Position numbers and translations under genes: made by a program. The notes below the pieces were generated by a model. It ran no database searches, was not told where the DNA came from, and saw only the letters and a program-made list of their open reading frames with translations. Positions 43,401-55,400 of a DNA stretch of 64,000 nt are shown piece after piece (position 1 is the first letter of the stretch; the number at the start of each line of letters is the position of its first letter). Source of the stretch: Eledone cirrhosa (lineage: Eukaryota); assembly GCA_964016885.1 (NCBI GenBank), contig OZ024756.1, forward strand, positions 3,596,001 through 3,660,000. Direction: 5' to 3'.

Positions 43401-46400
43401 TGTGGTGGAGGAAGACTAAAGGGGTTTACAATGGTGGAGTGGTGGAGGAGGTGGACTAAAGGGGTTTACAGTGGTGGAGTGGTTGAGGAGGACTAAAGGG
43501 GTTTACAGTGGAGGAGTGGTGGAGGAGGTGGACTAAAGGGGTTTACAGTGGTGGTGTGGTGGAGGAAGACTAAAGGGGTTTACAATGGTGGAGTGGTGGA
43601 GGAGGAAGACTAAAGGAGTTTACAGTGGTGGAGTGGTTGAGGAGGACTAAAGGGGTTTACAGTGGAGGAGTGGTGGAGGAGGTGGACTAAAGGGGTTTAC
43701 AGTGGTGGTGTGGTGGAGGAAGACTAAAGGGGTTTACAATGGTGGAGTGGTGGAGGAGGTGGACTAAAGGGGTTTACAGTGGTGGTGTGGTGGAGGAAGA
43801 CTAAAGGGGTTTACAGTGGAGGAGTGATGGAGGAGGTGGACTAAAGGTGTTTACAATGGTGGAGTGGTGGAGGAGGTGGACTAAAGGGGTTTACAGTGGT
43901 GGAGTGGTGGAGGAGGTGGACTAAAGAATTTTACAGTGGTGGAGTGGTGGAGGAGGTGGACTAAAGGGGTTTACAGTGGTGGAGTGGTGGAGGTGGTGGA
44001 CTAAAGGGGTTTACAGTGGTGGAGTGGTGGAGGTGGTGGACTAAAGGGGTTTACAGTGGTGGTGTGGTGGAGGAAGACTAAAGGGGTTTACAGTGGTGGT
44101 GTGGTGGAGGAGGTGGACTAAAGGGGTTTACAGTGGTGGAGTGGTGGAGGAGGTGGACTAAAGGGGTTTACAATGGTGGAGTGGTGGAGGAGGAAGACTA
44201 AAGGAGTTTACAATGGTGGAGTGGTGGAGGAGGAAGACTAAAGGAGTTTACAATGGTGGAGTGGTGGAGGAGGACTAAAGGGGTTTACAGTGGAGGAGTG
44301 GTGGAGGAGGAAGACTAAAGGAGTTTACAGTGGTGGAGTGGTGGAGGAAGACTAAAGGGGTTTACAGTGGTGGAGTGGTGGAGGAGGTGGACTAAAGGGG
44401 TTTACAGTGGTGGAGTGGTGGAGGAGGTGGACTAAAGGGGTTTACAATGGTGGAGTGGTGGAGGAGGTGGACTAAAGGGGTTTACAGTGGTGGAGTGGTG
44501 GAGGAGGAAGACTAAAGGGGTTTACAGTGGTGGAATGGTGGAGGAGGACTAAAGGAGTTTACAGTGGTGGAGTGGTGGAGGAGGAAGACTAAAGGAGTTT
44601 ACAGTGGTGGAGTGGTGGAGGAGGAAGACTAAAGGAGTTTACAGTGGTGGAGTGGTGGAGGAGGAAGACTAAAGGGGTTTACAGTGGTGGAGTGGTGGAG
44701 GAGGTGGACTAAAGGGGTTTACAGTGGTGGAGTGGTGGAGGAGGTGGACTAAAGGGGTTTACAGTGGTGGAGTGGTGGAGGAAGACTAAAGGAGTTTACA
44801 GTGGTGGAGTGGTGGAGGAGGAAGACTAAAGGAGTTTACAGTGGTGGAGTGGTGGAGGAGGAAGACTAAAGGGGTTTACAGTGGTGGAGTGGTGGAGGAG
44901 GTGGACTAAAGGGGTTTACAGTGGTGGAATGGTGGAGGAGGACTAAAGGAGTTTACAGTGGTGGAGTGGTGGAGGAAGACTAAAGGGGTTTACAGTGGTG
45001 GAGTGGTGGAGGAGGTGGACTAAAGGGGTTTACAGTGGTGGAGTGGTGGAGGAGGAAGACTAAAGGAGTTTACAGTGGTGGAGTGGTGGAGGAAGACTAA
45101 AGGGGTTTACAGTGGTGGAGTGGTGGAGGAGGTGGACTAAAGGGGTTTACAGTGGTGGAGTGGTGGAGGAGGAAGACTAAAGGAGTTTACAGTGGTGGAG
45201 TGGTGGAGGAAGACTAAAGGGGTTTACAGTGGTGGAGTGGTGGAGGAGGTGGACTAAAGGGGTTTACAGTGGTGGAGTGGTGGAGGAGGAAGACTAAAGG
45301 AGTTTACAGTGGTGGAGTGGTGGAGGAGGAAGACTAAAGGGGTTTACAGTGGTGGAGTGGTGGAGGAGGTGGACTAAAGGGGTTTACAGTGGTGGAGTGG
45401 TGGAGGAGGTGGACTAAAGGGGTTTACAGTGGTGGAGTGGTGGAGGAAGACTAAAGGAGTTTACAGTGGTGGAGTGGTGGAGGAGGTGGACTAAAGGGGT
45501 TTACAGTGGTGGAGTGGTGGAGGAGGTGGACTAAAGGGGTTTACAGTGGTGGAGTGGTGGAGGAGGTGGACTAAAGGGGTTTACAGTGGTGGAGTGGTGG
45601 AGGAGGTGGACTAAAGGGGTTTACAGTGGTGGAGTGGTGGAGGAGGAAGACTAAAGGAGTTTACAGTGGTGGAGTGGTGGAGGAGGAAGACTAAAGGGGT
45701 TTACAGTGGTGGAGTGGTGGAGGAGGTGGACTAAAGGGGTTTACAGTGGTGGAGTGGTGGAGGAGGAAGACTAAAGGAGTTTACAGTGGTGGAGTGGTGG
45801 AGGAGGAAGACTAAAGGGGTTTACAGTGGTGGAGTGGTGGAGGAGGTGGACTAAAGGGGTTTACAGTGGTGGAGTGGTGGAGGAGGTGGACTAAAGGGGT
45901 TTACAGTGGTGGAGTGGTGGAGGAAGACTAAAGGAGTTTACAGTGGTGGAGTGGTGGAGGAGGAAGACTAAAGGAGTTTACAGTGGTGGAGTGGTGGAGG
46001 AGGAAGACTAAAGGGGTTTACAGTGGTGGAGTGGTGGAGGAGGTGGACTAAAGGGGTTTACAGTGGTGGAGTGGTGGAGGAGGAAGACTAAAGGGGTTTA
46101 CAGTGGTGGAGTGGTGGAGGAGGAAGACTAAAGGGGTTTACAGTGGTGGAGTGGTGGAGGAGGAAGACTAATGGAGTTTACAGTGGTGGAGTGGTGGAGG
46201 AGGTGGACTAAAGGAGTTTACAGTGGTGGAGTGGTGGAGGAGGTGGACTAAAGGAGTTTACAATGGTGGAGTGGTGGAGGAGGTGGACTAAAGGAGTTTA
46301 CAGTGGTGGAGTGGTGGAGGAGGAAGACTAAAGGGGTTTACAGTGGTGGAGTGGTGGAGGAGGAAGACTAAAGGGGTTTACAGTGGTGGAGTGGTGGAGG

Positions 46401-49400
46401 AGGTGGACTAAAGGGGTTTACAGTGGTGGAGTGGTGGAGGAGGAAGACTAAAGGGGTTTACAGTGGTGGAGTGGTGGAGGAGGAAGACTAAAGGGGTTTA
46501 CAGTGGTGGAGTGGTGGAGGAGGAAGACTAATGGAGTTTACAGTGGTGGAGTGGTGGAGGAGGTGGACTAAAGGAGTTTACAGTGGTGGAGTGGTGGAGG
46601 AGGTGGACTAAAGGAGTTTACAATGGTGGAGTGGTGGAGGAGGTGGACTAAAGGAGTTTACAGTGGTGGAGTGGTGGAGGAGGTGGACTAAAGGAGTTTA
46701 CAATGGTGGAGTGGTGGAGGAGGTGGACTAAAGGGGTTTACAGTGGTGGAGTGGTGGAGGAGGTGGACTAAAGGAGTTTACAGTGGTGGAGTGGTGGAGG
46801 AGGTGGACTAAAGGGGTTTACAGTGGTGGAGTGGTGGAGGAGGTGGACTAAAGGGGTTTACAGTGGTGGAGTGGTGGAGGAAGACTAAAGGAGTTTACAG
46901 TGGTGGAGTGGTGGAGGAGGAAGACTAAAGGGGTTTACAGTGGTGGAGTGGTGGAGGAGGTGGACTAATGGAGTTTACAATGGTGGAGTGGTGGAGGAGG
47001 TGGACTAAAGGAGTTTACAGTGGTGGAGTGGTGGAGGAGGTGGACTAAAGGAGTTTACAATGGTGGAGTGGTGGAGGAGGTGGACTAAAGGAGTTTACAG
47101 TGGTGGAGTGGTGGAGGAGGAAGACTAATGGAGTTTACAGTGGTGGAGTGGTGGAGGAGGTGGACTAAAGGAGTTTACAGTGGTGGAGTGGTGGAGGAGG
47201 TGGACTAAAGGAGTTTACAATGGTGGAGTGGTGGAGGAGGTGGACTAAAGGAGTTTACAGTGGTGGAGTGGTGGAGGAGGTGGACTAAAGGAGTTTACAA
47301 TGGTGGAGTGGTGGAGGAGGAAGACTAAAGGAGTTTACAGTGGTGGAGTGGTGGAGGAGGTGGACTAAAGGGGTTTACAGTGGTGGAGTGGTGGAGGAGG
47401 TGGACTAAAGGAGTTTACAGTGGTGGAGTGGTGGAGGAGGTGGACTAAAGGGGTTTACAGTGGTGGAGTGGTGGAGGAGGTGGACTAAAGGGGTTTACAA
47501 TGGTGGAGTGGTGGAGGAGGTGGACTAAAGGGGTTTACAATGGTGGAGTGGTGGAGGAGGTGGACTAATGGAGTTTACAGTGGTGGAGTGGTGGAGGAGG
47601 AAGACTAAAGGAGTTTACAGTGGTGGAGTGGTGGAGGAGGTGGACTAAAGGGGTTTACAGTGGTGGAGTGGTGGAGGAGGTGGACTAAAGGAGTTTACAG
47701 TGGTGGAGTGGTGGAGGAGGTGGACTAAAGGAGTTTACAGTGGTGGAGTGGTGGAGGAGGTGGACTAAAGGAGTTTACAGTGGTGGAGTGGTGGAGGAGG
47801 TGGACTAAAGGGGTTTACAATGGTGGAGTGGTGGAGGAGGTGGACTAAAGGGGTTTACAATGGTGGAGTGGTGGAGGAGGTGGACTAATGGAGTTTACAA
47901 TGGTGGAGTGGTGGAGGAGGTGGACTAAAGGGGTTTACAGTGGTGGAGTGGTGGAGGAGGTGGACTAAAGGGGTTTACAATGGTGGAGTGGTGGAGGAGG
48001 AAGACTAAAGGAGTTTACAGTGGTGGAGTGGTGGAGGAGGTGGACTAAAGGGGTTTACAGTGGTGGAGTGGTGGAGGAGGTGGACTAAAGGAGTTTACAG
48101 TGGTGGAGTGGTGGAGGAGGTGGACTAAAGGGGTTTACAATGGTGGAGTGGTGGAGGAGGTGGACTAATGGAGTTTACAGTGGTGGAGTGGTGGAGGAGG
48201 AAGACTAAAGGAGTTTACAGTGGTGGAGTGGTGGAGGAGGTGGACTAAAGGGGTTTACAGTGGTGGAGTGGTGGAGGAGGTGGACTAAAGGAGTTTACAG
48301 TGGTGGAGTGGTGGAGGAGGTGGACTAAAGGAGTTTACAGTGGTGGAGTGGTGGAGGAGGTGGACTAAAGGAGTTTACAGTGGTGGAGTGGTGGAGGAGG
48401 TGGACTAAAGGGGTTTACAATGGTGGAGTGGTGGAGGAGGTGGACTAAAGGGGTTTACAATGGTGGAGTGGTGGAGGAGGTGGACTAATGGAGTTTACAA
48501 TGGTGGAGTGGTGGAGGAGGTGGACTAAAGGGGTTTACAGTGGTGGAGTGGTGGAGGAGGTGGACTAAAGGGGTTTACAATGGTGGAGTGGTGGAGGAGG
48601 TGGACTAATGGAGTTTACAGTGGTGGAGTGGTGGAGGAGGTGGACTAAAGGAGTTTACAGTGGTGGAGTGGTGGAGGAGGTGGACTAAAGGAGTTTACAG
48701 TGGTGGAGTGGTGGAGGAAGACTAAAGGAGTTTACAATGGTGGAGTGGTGGAGGAGGTGGACTAAAGGAGTTTACAGTGGTGGAGTGGTGGAGGAGGAAG
48801 ACTAAAGGGGTTTACAATGGTGGAGTGGTGGAGGAGGTGGACTAAAGGAGTTTACAGTGGTGGAGTGGTGGAGGAGGTGGACTAAAGGGGTTTACAATGG
48901 TGGAGTGGTGGAGGAGGTGGACTAAAGGAGTTTACAGTGGTGGAGTGGTGGAGGAGGTGGACTAAAGGAGTTTACAGTGGTGGAGTGGTGGAGGAGGTGG
49001 ACTAAAGGAGTTTACAGTGGTGGAGTGGTGGAGGAAGACTAAAGGAGTTTACAATGGTGGAGTGGTGGAGGAGGTGGACTAAAGGAGTTTACAGTGGTGG
49101 AGTGGTGGAGGAGGAAGACTAAAGGGGTTTACAATGGTGGAGTGGTGGAGGAGGTGGACTAAAGGGGTTTACAATGGTGGAGTGGTGGAGGAGGTGGACT
49201 AAAGGAGTTTACAGTGGTGGAGTGGTGGAGGAGGTGGACTAAAGGAGTTTACAGTGGTGGAGTGGTGGAGGAGGTGGACTAAAGGAGTTTACAGTGGTGG
49301 AGTGGTGGAGGAGGTGGACTAAAGGAGTTTACAGTGGTGGAGTGGTGGAGGAGGTGGACTAAAGGAGTTTACAGTGGTGGAGTGGTGGAGGAGGTGGACT

Positions 49401-52400
49401 AAAGGAGTTTACAGTGGTGGAGTGGTGGAGGAGGTGGACTAAAGGAGTTTACAGTGGTGGAGTGGTGGAGGAAGACTAAAGGAGTTTACAATGGTGGAGT
49501 GGTGGAGGAGGTGGACTAAAGGAGTTTACAGTGGTGGAGTGGTGGAGGAGGAAGACTAAAGGGGTTTACAATGGTGGAGTGGTGGAGGAGGTGGACTAAA
49601 GGAGTTTACAGTGGTGGAGTGGTGGAGGAGGTGGACTAAAGGGGTTTACAATGGTGGAGTGGTGGAGGAGGTGGACTAAAGGAGTTTACAGTGGTGGAGT
49701 GGTGGAGGAGGTGGACTAAAGGAGTTTACAGTGGTGGAGTGGTGGAGGAGGTGGACTAAAGGAGTTTACAGTGGTGGAGTGGTGGAGGAAGACTAAAGGA
49801 GTTTACAATGGTGGAGTGGTGGAGGAGGTGGACTAAAGGAGTTTACAGTGGTGGAGTGGTGGAGGAGGTGGACTAAAGGAGTTTACAGTGGTGGAGTGGT
49901 GGAGGAAGACTAAAGGAGTTTACAATGGTGGAGTGGTGGAGGAGGTGGACTAAAGGAGTTTACAGTGGTGGAGTGGTGGAGGAAGACTAAAGGAGTTTAC
50001 AATGGTGGAGTGGTGGAGGAGGTGGACTAAAGGAGTTTACAGTGGTGGAGTGGTGGAGGAAGACTAAAGGAGTTTACAATGGTGGAGTGGTGGAGGAGGT
50101 GGACTAAAGGAGTTTACAATGGTGGAGTGGTGGAGGAGGTGGACTAAAGGAGTTTACAGTGGTGGAGTGGTGGAGGAAGACTAAAGGAGTTTACAATGGT
50201 GGAGTGGTGGAGGAGGTGGACTAAAGGAGTTTACAGTGGTGGAGTGGTGGAGGAGGTGGACTAAAGGAGTTTACAATGGTGGAGTGGTGGAGGAGGTGGA
50301 CTAAAGGGGTTTACAGTGGTGGAGTGGTGGAGGAGGTGGACTAAAGGAGTTTACAGTGGTGGAGTGGTGGAGGAGGTGGACTAAAGGAGTTTACAATGGT
50401 GGAGTGGTGGAGGAGGTGGACTAAAGGAGTTTACAGTGGTGGAGTGGTGGAGGAAGACTAAAGGGGTTTACAGTGGTGGAGTGGTGGAGGAGGTGGACTA
50501 AAGGAGTTTACAATGGTGGAGTGGTGGAGGAGGTGGACTAAAGGGGTTTACAGTGGTGGTGTGGTGGAGGAAGACTAAAGGGGTTTACAGTGGTGGAGTG
50601 GTGGAGGAGGTGGACTAAAGGAGTTTACAATGGTGGAGTGGTGGAGGAGGTGGACTAAAGGAGTTTACAATGGTGGAGTGGTGGAGGAGGTGGACTAAAG
50701 GAGTTTACAGTGGTGGAGTGGTGGAGGAGGAAGACTGAAGGAGTTTACAGTGGTGGAGTGGTGGAGGAGGAAGACTAAAGGAGTTTACAATGGTGGAGTG
50801 GTGGAGGAGGTGGACTAAAGGAGTTTACAGTGGTGGAGTGGTGGAGGAGGTGGACTAAAGGAGTTTACAGTGGTGGAGTGGTGGAGGAGGAAGACTAAAG
50901 GAGTTTACAGTGGTGGAGTGGTGGAGGAGGTGGACTAAAGGGGTTTACAGTGGTGGTGTGGTGGAGGAAGACTAAAGGAGTTTACAGTGGTGGAGTGGTG
51001 GAGGAGGAAGACTAATGGAGTTTACAATGGTGGAGTGGTGGAGGAGGTGGACTAAAGGAGTTTACAATGGTGGAGTGGTGGAGGAGGTGGACTAAAGGAG
51101 TTTACAGTGGTGGAGTGGTGGAGGAGGTGGACTAAAGGAGTTTACAGTGGTGGAGTGGTGGAGGAGGTGGACTAAAGGAGTTTACAGTGGTGGAGTGGTG
51201 GAGGAGGAAGACTAAAGGAGTTTACAGTGGTGGAGTGGTGGAGGAGGAAGACTAATGGAGTTTACAATGGTGGAGTGGTGGAGGAGGTGGACTAAAGGAG
51301 TTTACAATGGTGGAGTGGTGGAGGAGGTGGACTAAAGGAGTTTACAATGGTGGAGTGGTGGAGGAGGTGGACTAAAGGAGTTTACAGTGGTGGAGTGGTG
51401 GAGGAGGAAGACTGAAGGAGTTTACAGTGGTGGAGTGGTGGAGGAGGTGGACTAAAGGAGTTTACAATGGTGGAGTGGTGGAGGAGGTGGACTAAAGGAG
51501 TTTACAGTGGTGGAGTGGTGGAGGAGGTGGACTAAAGGAGTTTACAATGGTGGAGTGGTGGAGGAGGTGGACTAAAGGAGTTTACAGTGGTGGAGTGGTG
51601 GAGGAGGTGGACTAAAGGAGTTTACAGTGGTGGAGTGGTGGAGGAGGAAGACTGAAGGAGTTTACAGTGGTGGAGTGGTGGAGGAGGTGGACTAAAGGAG
51701 TTTACAATGGTGGAGTGGTGGAGGAGGTGGACTAAAGGAGTTTACAATGGTGGAGTGGTGGAGGAGGAAGACTAAAGGAGTTTACAGTGGTGGAGTGGTG
51801 GAGGAGGTGGACTAAAGGAGTTTACAGTGGTGGAGTGGTGGAGGAGGTGGACTAAAGGGGTTTACAGTGGTGGAGTGGTGGAGGAGGAAGACTAAAGGGG
51901 TTTACTGTGGTGGAGTGGTGGAGGAAGACTAAAGGGGTTTACTGTGGTGGAGTGGTGGAGGAGGTGGACTAAAGGAGTTTACAATGGTGGAGTGGTGGAG
52001 GAGGTGGACTAAAGGAGTTTACAGTGGTGGAGTGGTGGAGGAGGTGGACTAAAGGAGTTTACAGTGGTGGAGTGGTGGAGGAGGTGGACTAAAGGAGTTT
52101 ACAGTGGTGGAGTGGTGGAGGAGGTGGACTAAAGGAGTTTACAGTGGTGGAGTGGTGGAGGAGGTGGACTAAAGGAGTTTACAGTGGTGGAGTGGTGGAG
52201 GAAGACTAAAGGGGTTTACAGTGGTGGAGTGGTGGAGGAGGTGGACTAAAGGAGTTTACAGTGGTGGAGTGGTGGAGGAGGAAGACTAAAGGAGTTTACA
52301 ATGGTGGAGTGGTGGAGGAGGAAGACTAAAGGAGTTTACAGTGGTGGAGTGGTGGAGGAGGTGGACTAAAGGAGTTTACAGTGGTGGAGTGGTGGTGGAG

Positions 52401-55400
52401 GAAGACTAAAGGGGTTTACAGTGGTGGAGTGGTGGAGGAGGTGGACTAAAGGAGTTTACAGTGGTGGAGTGGTGGTGGAGGAAGACTAAAGGGGTTTACA
52501 GTGGTGGAGTGGTGGAGGAAGACTAAAGGGGTTTACAGTGGTGGAGTGGTGGAGGAGGTGGACTAAAGGAGTTTACAGTGGTGGAGTGGTGGAGGAGGAA
52601 GACTAAAGGAGTTTACAATGGTGGAGTGGTGGAGGAGGAAGACTAAAGGAGTTTACAGTGGTGGAGTGGTGGAGGAGGAAGACTAAAGGGGTTTACTGTG
52701 GTGGAGTGGTGGAGGAGGTGGACTAAAGGAGTTTACAGTGGTGGAGTGGTGGTGGAGGAAGACTAAAGGGGTTTACAGTGGTGGAGTGGTGGAGGAAGAC
52801 TAAAGGGGTTTACAGTGGTGGAGTGGTGGAGGAGGTGGACTAAAGGAGTTTACAGTGGTGGAGTGGTGGAGGAGGAAGACTAAAGGGGTTTACTGTGGTG
52901 GAGTGGTGGAGGAGGTGGACTAAAGGAGTTTACAGTGGTGGAGTGGTGGAGGAGGAAGACTAAAGGAGTTTACAGTGGTGGAGTGGTGGAGGAGGAAGAC
53001 TAAAGGGGTTTACAGTGGTGGAGTGGTGGAGGAGGAAGACTAAAGGGGTTTACTGTGGTGGAGTGGTGGAGGAGGTGGACTAAAGGAGTTTACAGTGGTG
53101 GAGTGGTGGAGGAGGAAGACTAAAGGGGTTTACAGTGGTGGAGTGGTGGAGGAGGAAGACTGAAGGAGTTTACAGTGGTGGAGTGGTGGAGGAGGTGGAC
53201 TAAAGGAGTTTACAGTGGTGGAGTGGTGGAGGTGGTGGACTAAAGGAGTTTACAGTGGTGGAGTGGTGGAGGAGGAAGACTAAAGGGGTTTACAGTGGTG
53301 GAGTGGTGGTGGAGGAAGACTAAAGGAGTTTACAGTGGTGGAGTGGTGGAGGAGGAAGACTAAAGGGGTTTACTGTGGTGGAGTGGTGGAGGAGGTGGAC
53401 TAAAGGAGTTTACAGTGGTGGAGTGGTGGAGGAGGAAGACTAAAGGGGTTTACAGTGGTGGAGTGGTGGAGGAGGAAGACTGAAGGAGTTTACAGTGGTG
53501 GAGTGGTGGAGGAGGTGGACTAAAGGAGTTTACAGTGGTGGAGTGGTGGAGGTGGTGGACTAAAGGGGTTTGCAGTGGTGGAGTGGTGGAGGAGGTGGAC
53601 TAAAGTGGTTTACAGTGGTGGAGTGGTGGAGGAGGAAGACTGAAGGAGTTTACAGTGGTGGAGTGGTGGAGGAGGTGGACTAAAGGAGTTTACAGTGGTG
53701 GAGTGGTGGAGGAGGTGGACTAAAGGGGTTTACAGTGGTGGAGTGGTGGAGGTGGTGGACTAAAGGGGTTTGCAGTGGTGGAGTGGTGGAGGAGGAAGAC
53801 TAAAGGGGTTTACAGTGGTGGTGTGGTGGAGGAGGTGGACTAAAGGAGTTTACAATGGTGGAGTGGTGGAGGAGGTGGACTAAAGTGGTTTACAGTGGTG
53901 GAGTGGTGGAGGAAGACTAAAGGGGTTTACAGTGGTGGTGTGGTGGAGGAGGTGGACTAAAGGAGTTTACAGTGGTGGTGTGGTGGAGGAGGTGGACTAA
54001 AGGAGTTTACAATGGTGGAGTGGTGGAGGAGGTGGACTAAAGTGGTTTACAGTGGTGGAGTGGTGGAGGAAGACTAAAGGGGTTTACTGTGGTGGAGTGG
54101 TGGAGGAGGTGGACTAAAGGAGTTTACAATGGTGGAGTGGTGGAGGAGGTGGACTAAAGGAGTTTACAGTGGTGGAGTGGTGGAGGAGGTGGACTAAAGG
54201 AGTTTACAGTGGTGGAGTGGTGGAGGAGGAAGACTAAAGGAGTTTACAATGGTGGAGTGGTGGAGGAGGTGGACTAAAGGAGTTTACAGTGGTGGTGTGG
54301 TGGAGGAGGAAGACTAAAGGAGTTTACAGTGGTGGAGTGGTGGAGGAGGAAGACTAAAGGGGTTTACAGTGGTGGAGTGGTGGAGGAGGAAGACTAAAGG
54401 AGTTTACAGTGGTGGAGTGGTGGAGGAGGTGGACTAAAGGAGTTTACAGTGGTGGAGTGGTGGAGGAGGAAGACTAAAGGAGTTTACAATGGTGGAGTGG
54501 TGGAGGAGGAAGACTAAAGGAGTTTACAGTGGTGGAGTGGTGGAGGAGGAAGACTAAAGGAGTTTACAGTGGTGGAGTGGTGGAGGAGGAAGACTAAAGG
54601 AGTTTACAGTGGTGGAGTGGTGGAGGAGGAAGACTAAAGGGGTTTACAGTGGTGGTGTGGTGGAGGAAGACTAAAGGGGTTTACAGTGGTGGAGTGGTGG
54701 AGGAGCAAGACTAAAGGGGTTTAAATTGGTGGAGTGGTGGAGGAGGAAGACTAAAGGGGTTTACAGTGGTGGTGTGGTGGAGGAAGACTAAAGGGGTTTA
54801 CAGTGGTGGAGTGGTGGAGGAAGACTAAAGGGGTTTACAGTGGTGGTGTGGTGGAGGAAGACTAAAGGGGTTTACAGTGGTGGAGTGGTGGAGGAAGACT
54901 AAAGGGGTTTACAGTGGTGGTGTGGTGGAGGAAGACTAAAGGGGTTTACAGTGGTGGAGTGGTGGAGGAGGAAGACTAAAGGGGTTTAAAGTGGTGGAGT
55001 GGTGGAGGAGGAAGACTAAAGGGGTTTACAGTGGTGGAGTGGTGGAGGAAGACTAAAGGGGTTTACAGTGGTGGAGTGTTGGTGGAGGAAGACTAAAGGG
55101 GTTTAAATTGGTGGTGTGGTGGAGGAAGACTAAAGGGGTTTACAGTGGTGGAGTGGTGGAGGAGGAAGACTAAAGGGGTTTAAAGTGGTGGAGTGGTGGA
55201 GGAGGAAGACTAAAGGGGTTTAAAGTGGTGGAGTGGTGGAGGAAGACTAAAGGGGTTTACAGTGGTGGAGTGGTGGAGGAAGACTAAAGGGGTTTACAGT
55301 GGTGGAGTGGTGGAGGAGGAAGACTAAAGGGGTTTAAATTGGTGGTGTGGTGGAGGAAGACTAAAGGGGTTTACAGTGGTGGAGTGGTGGAGGAAGACTA

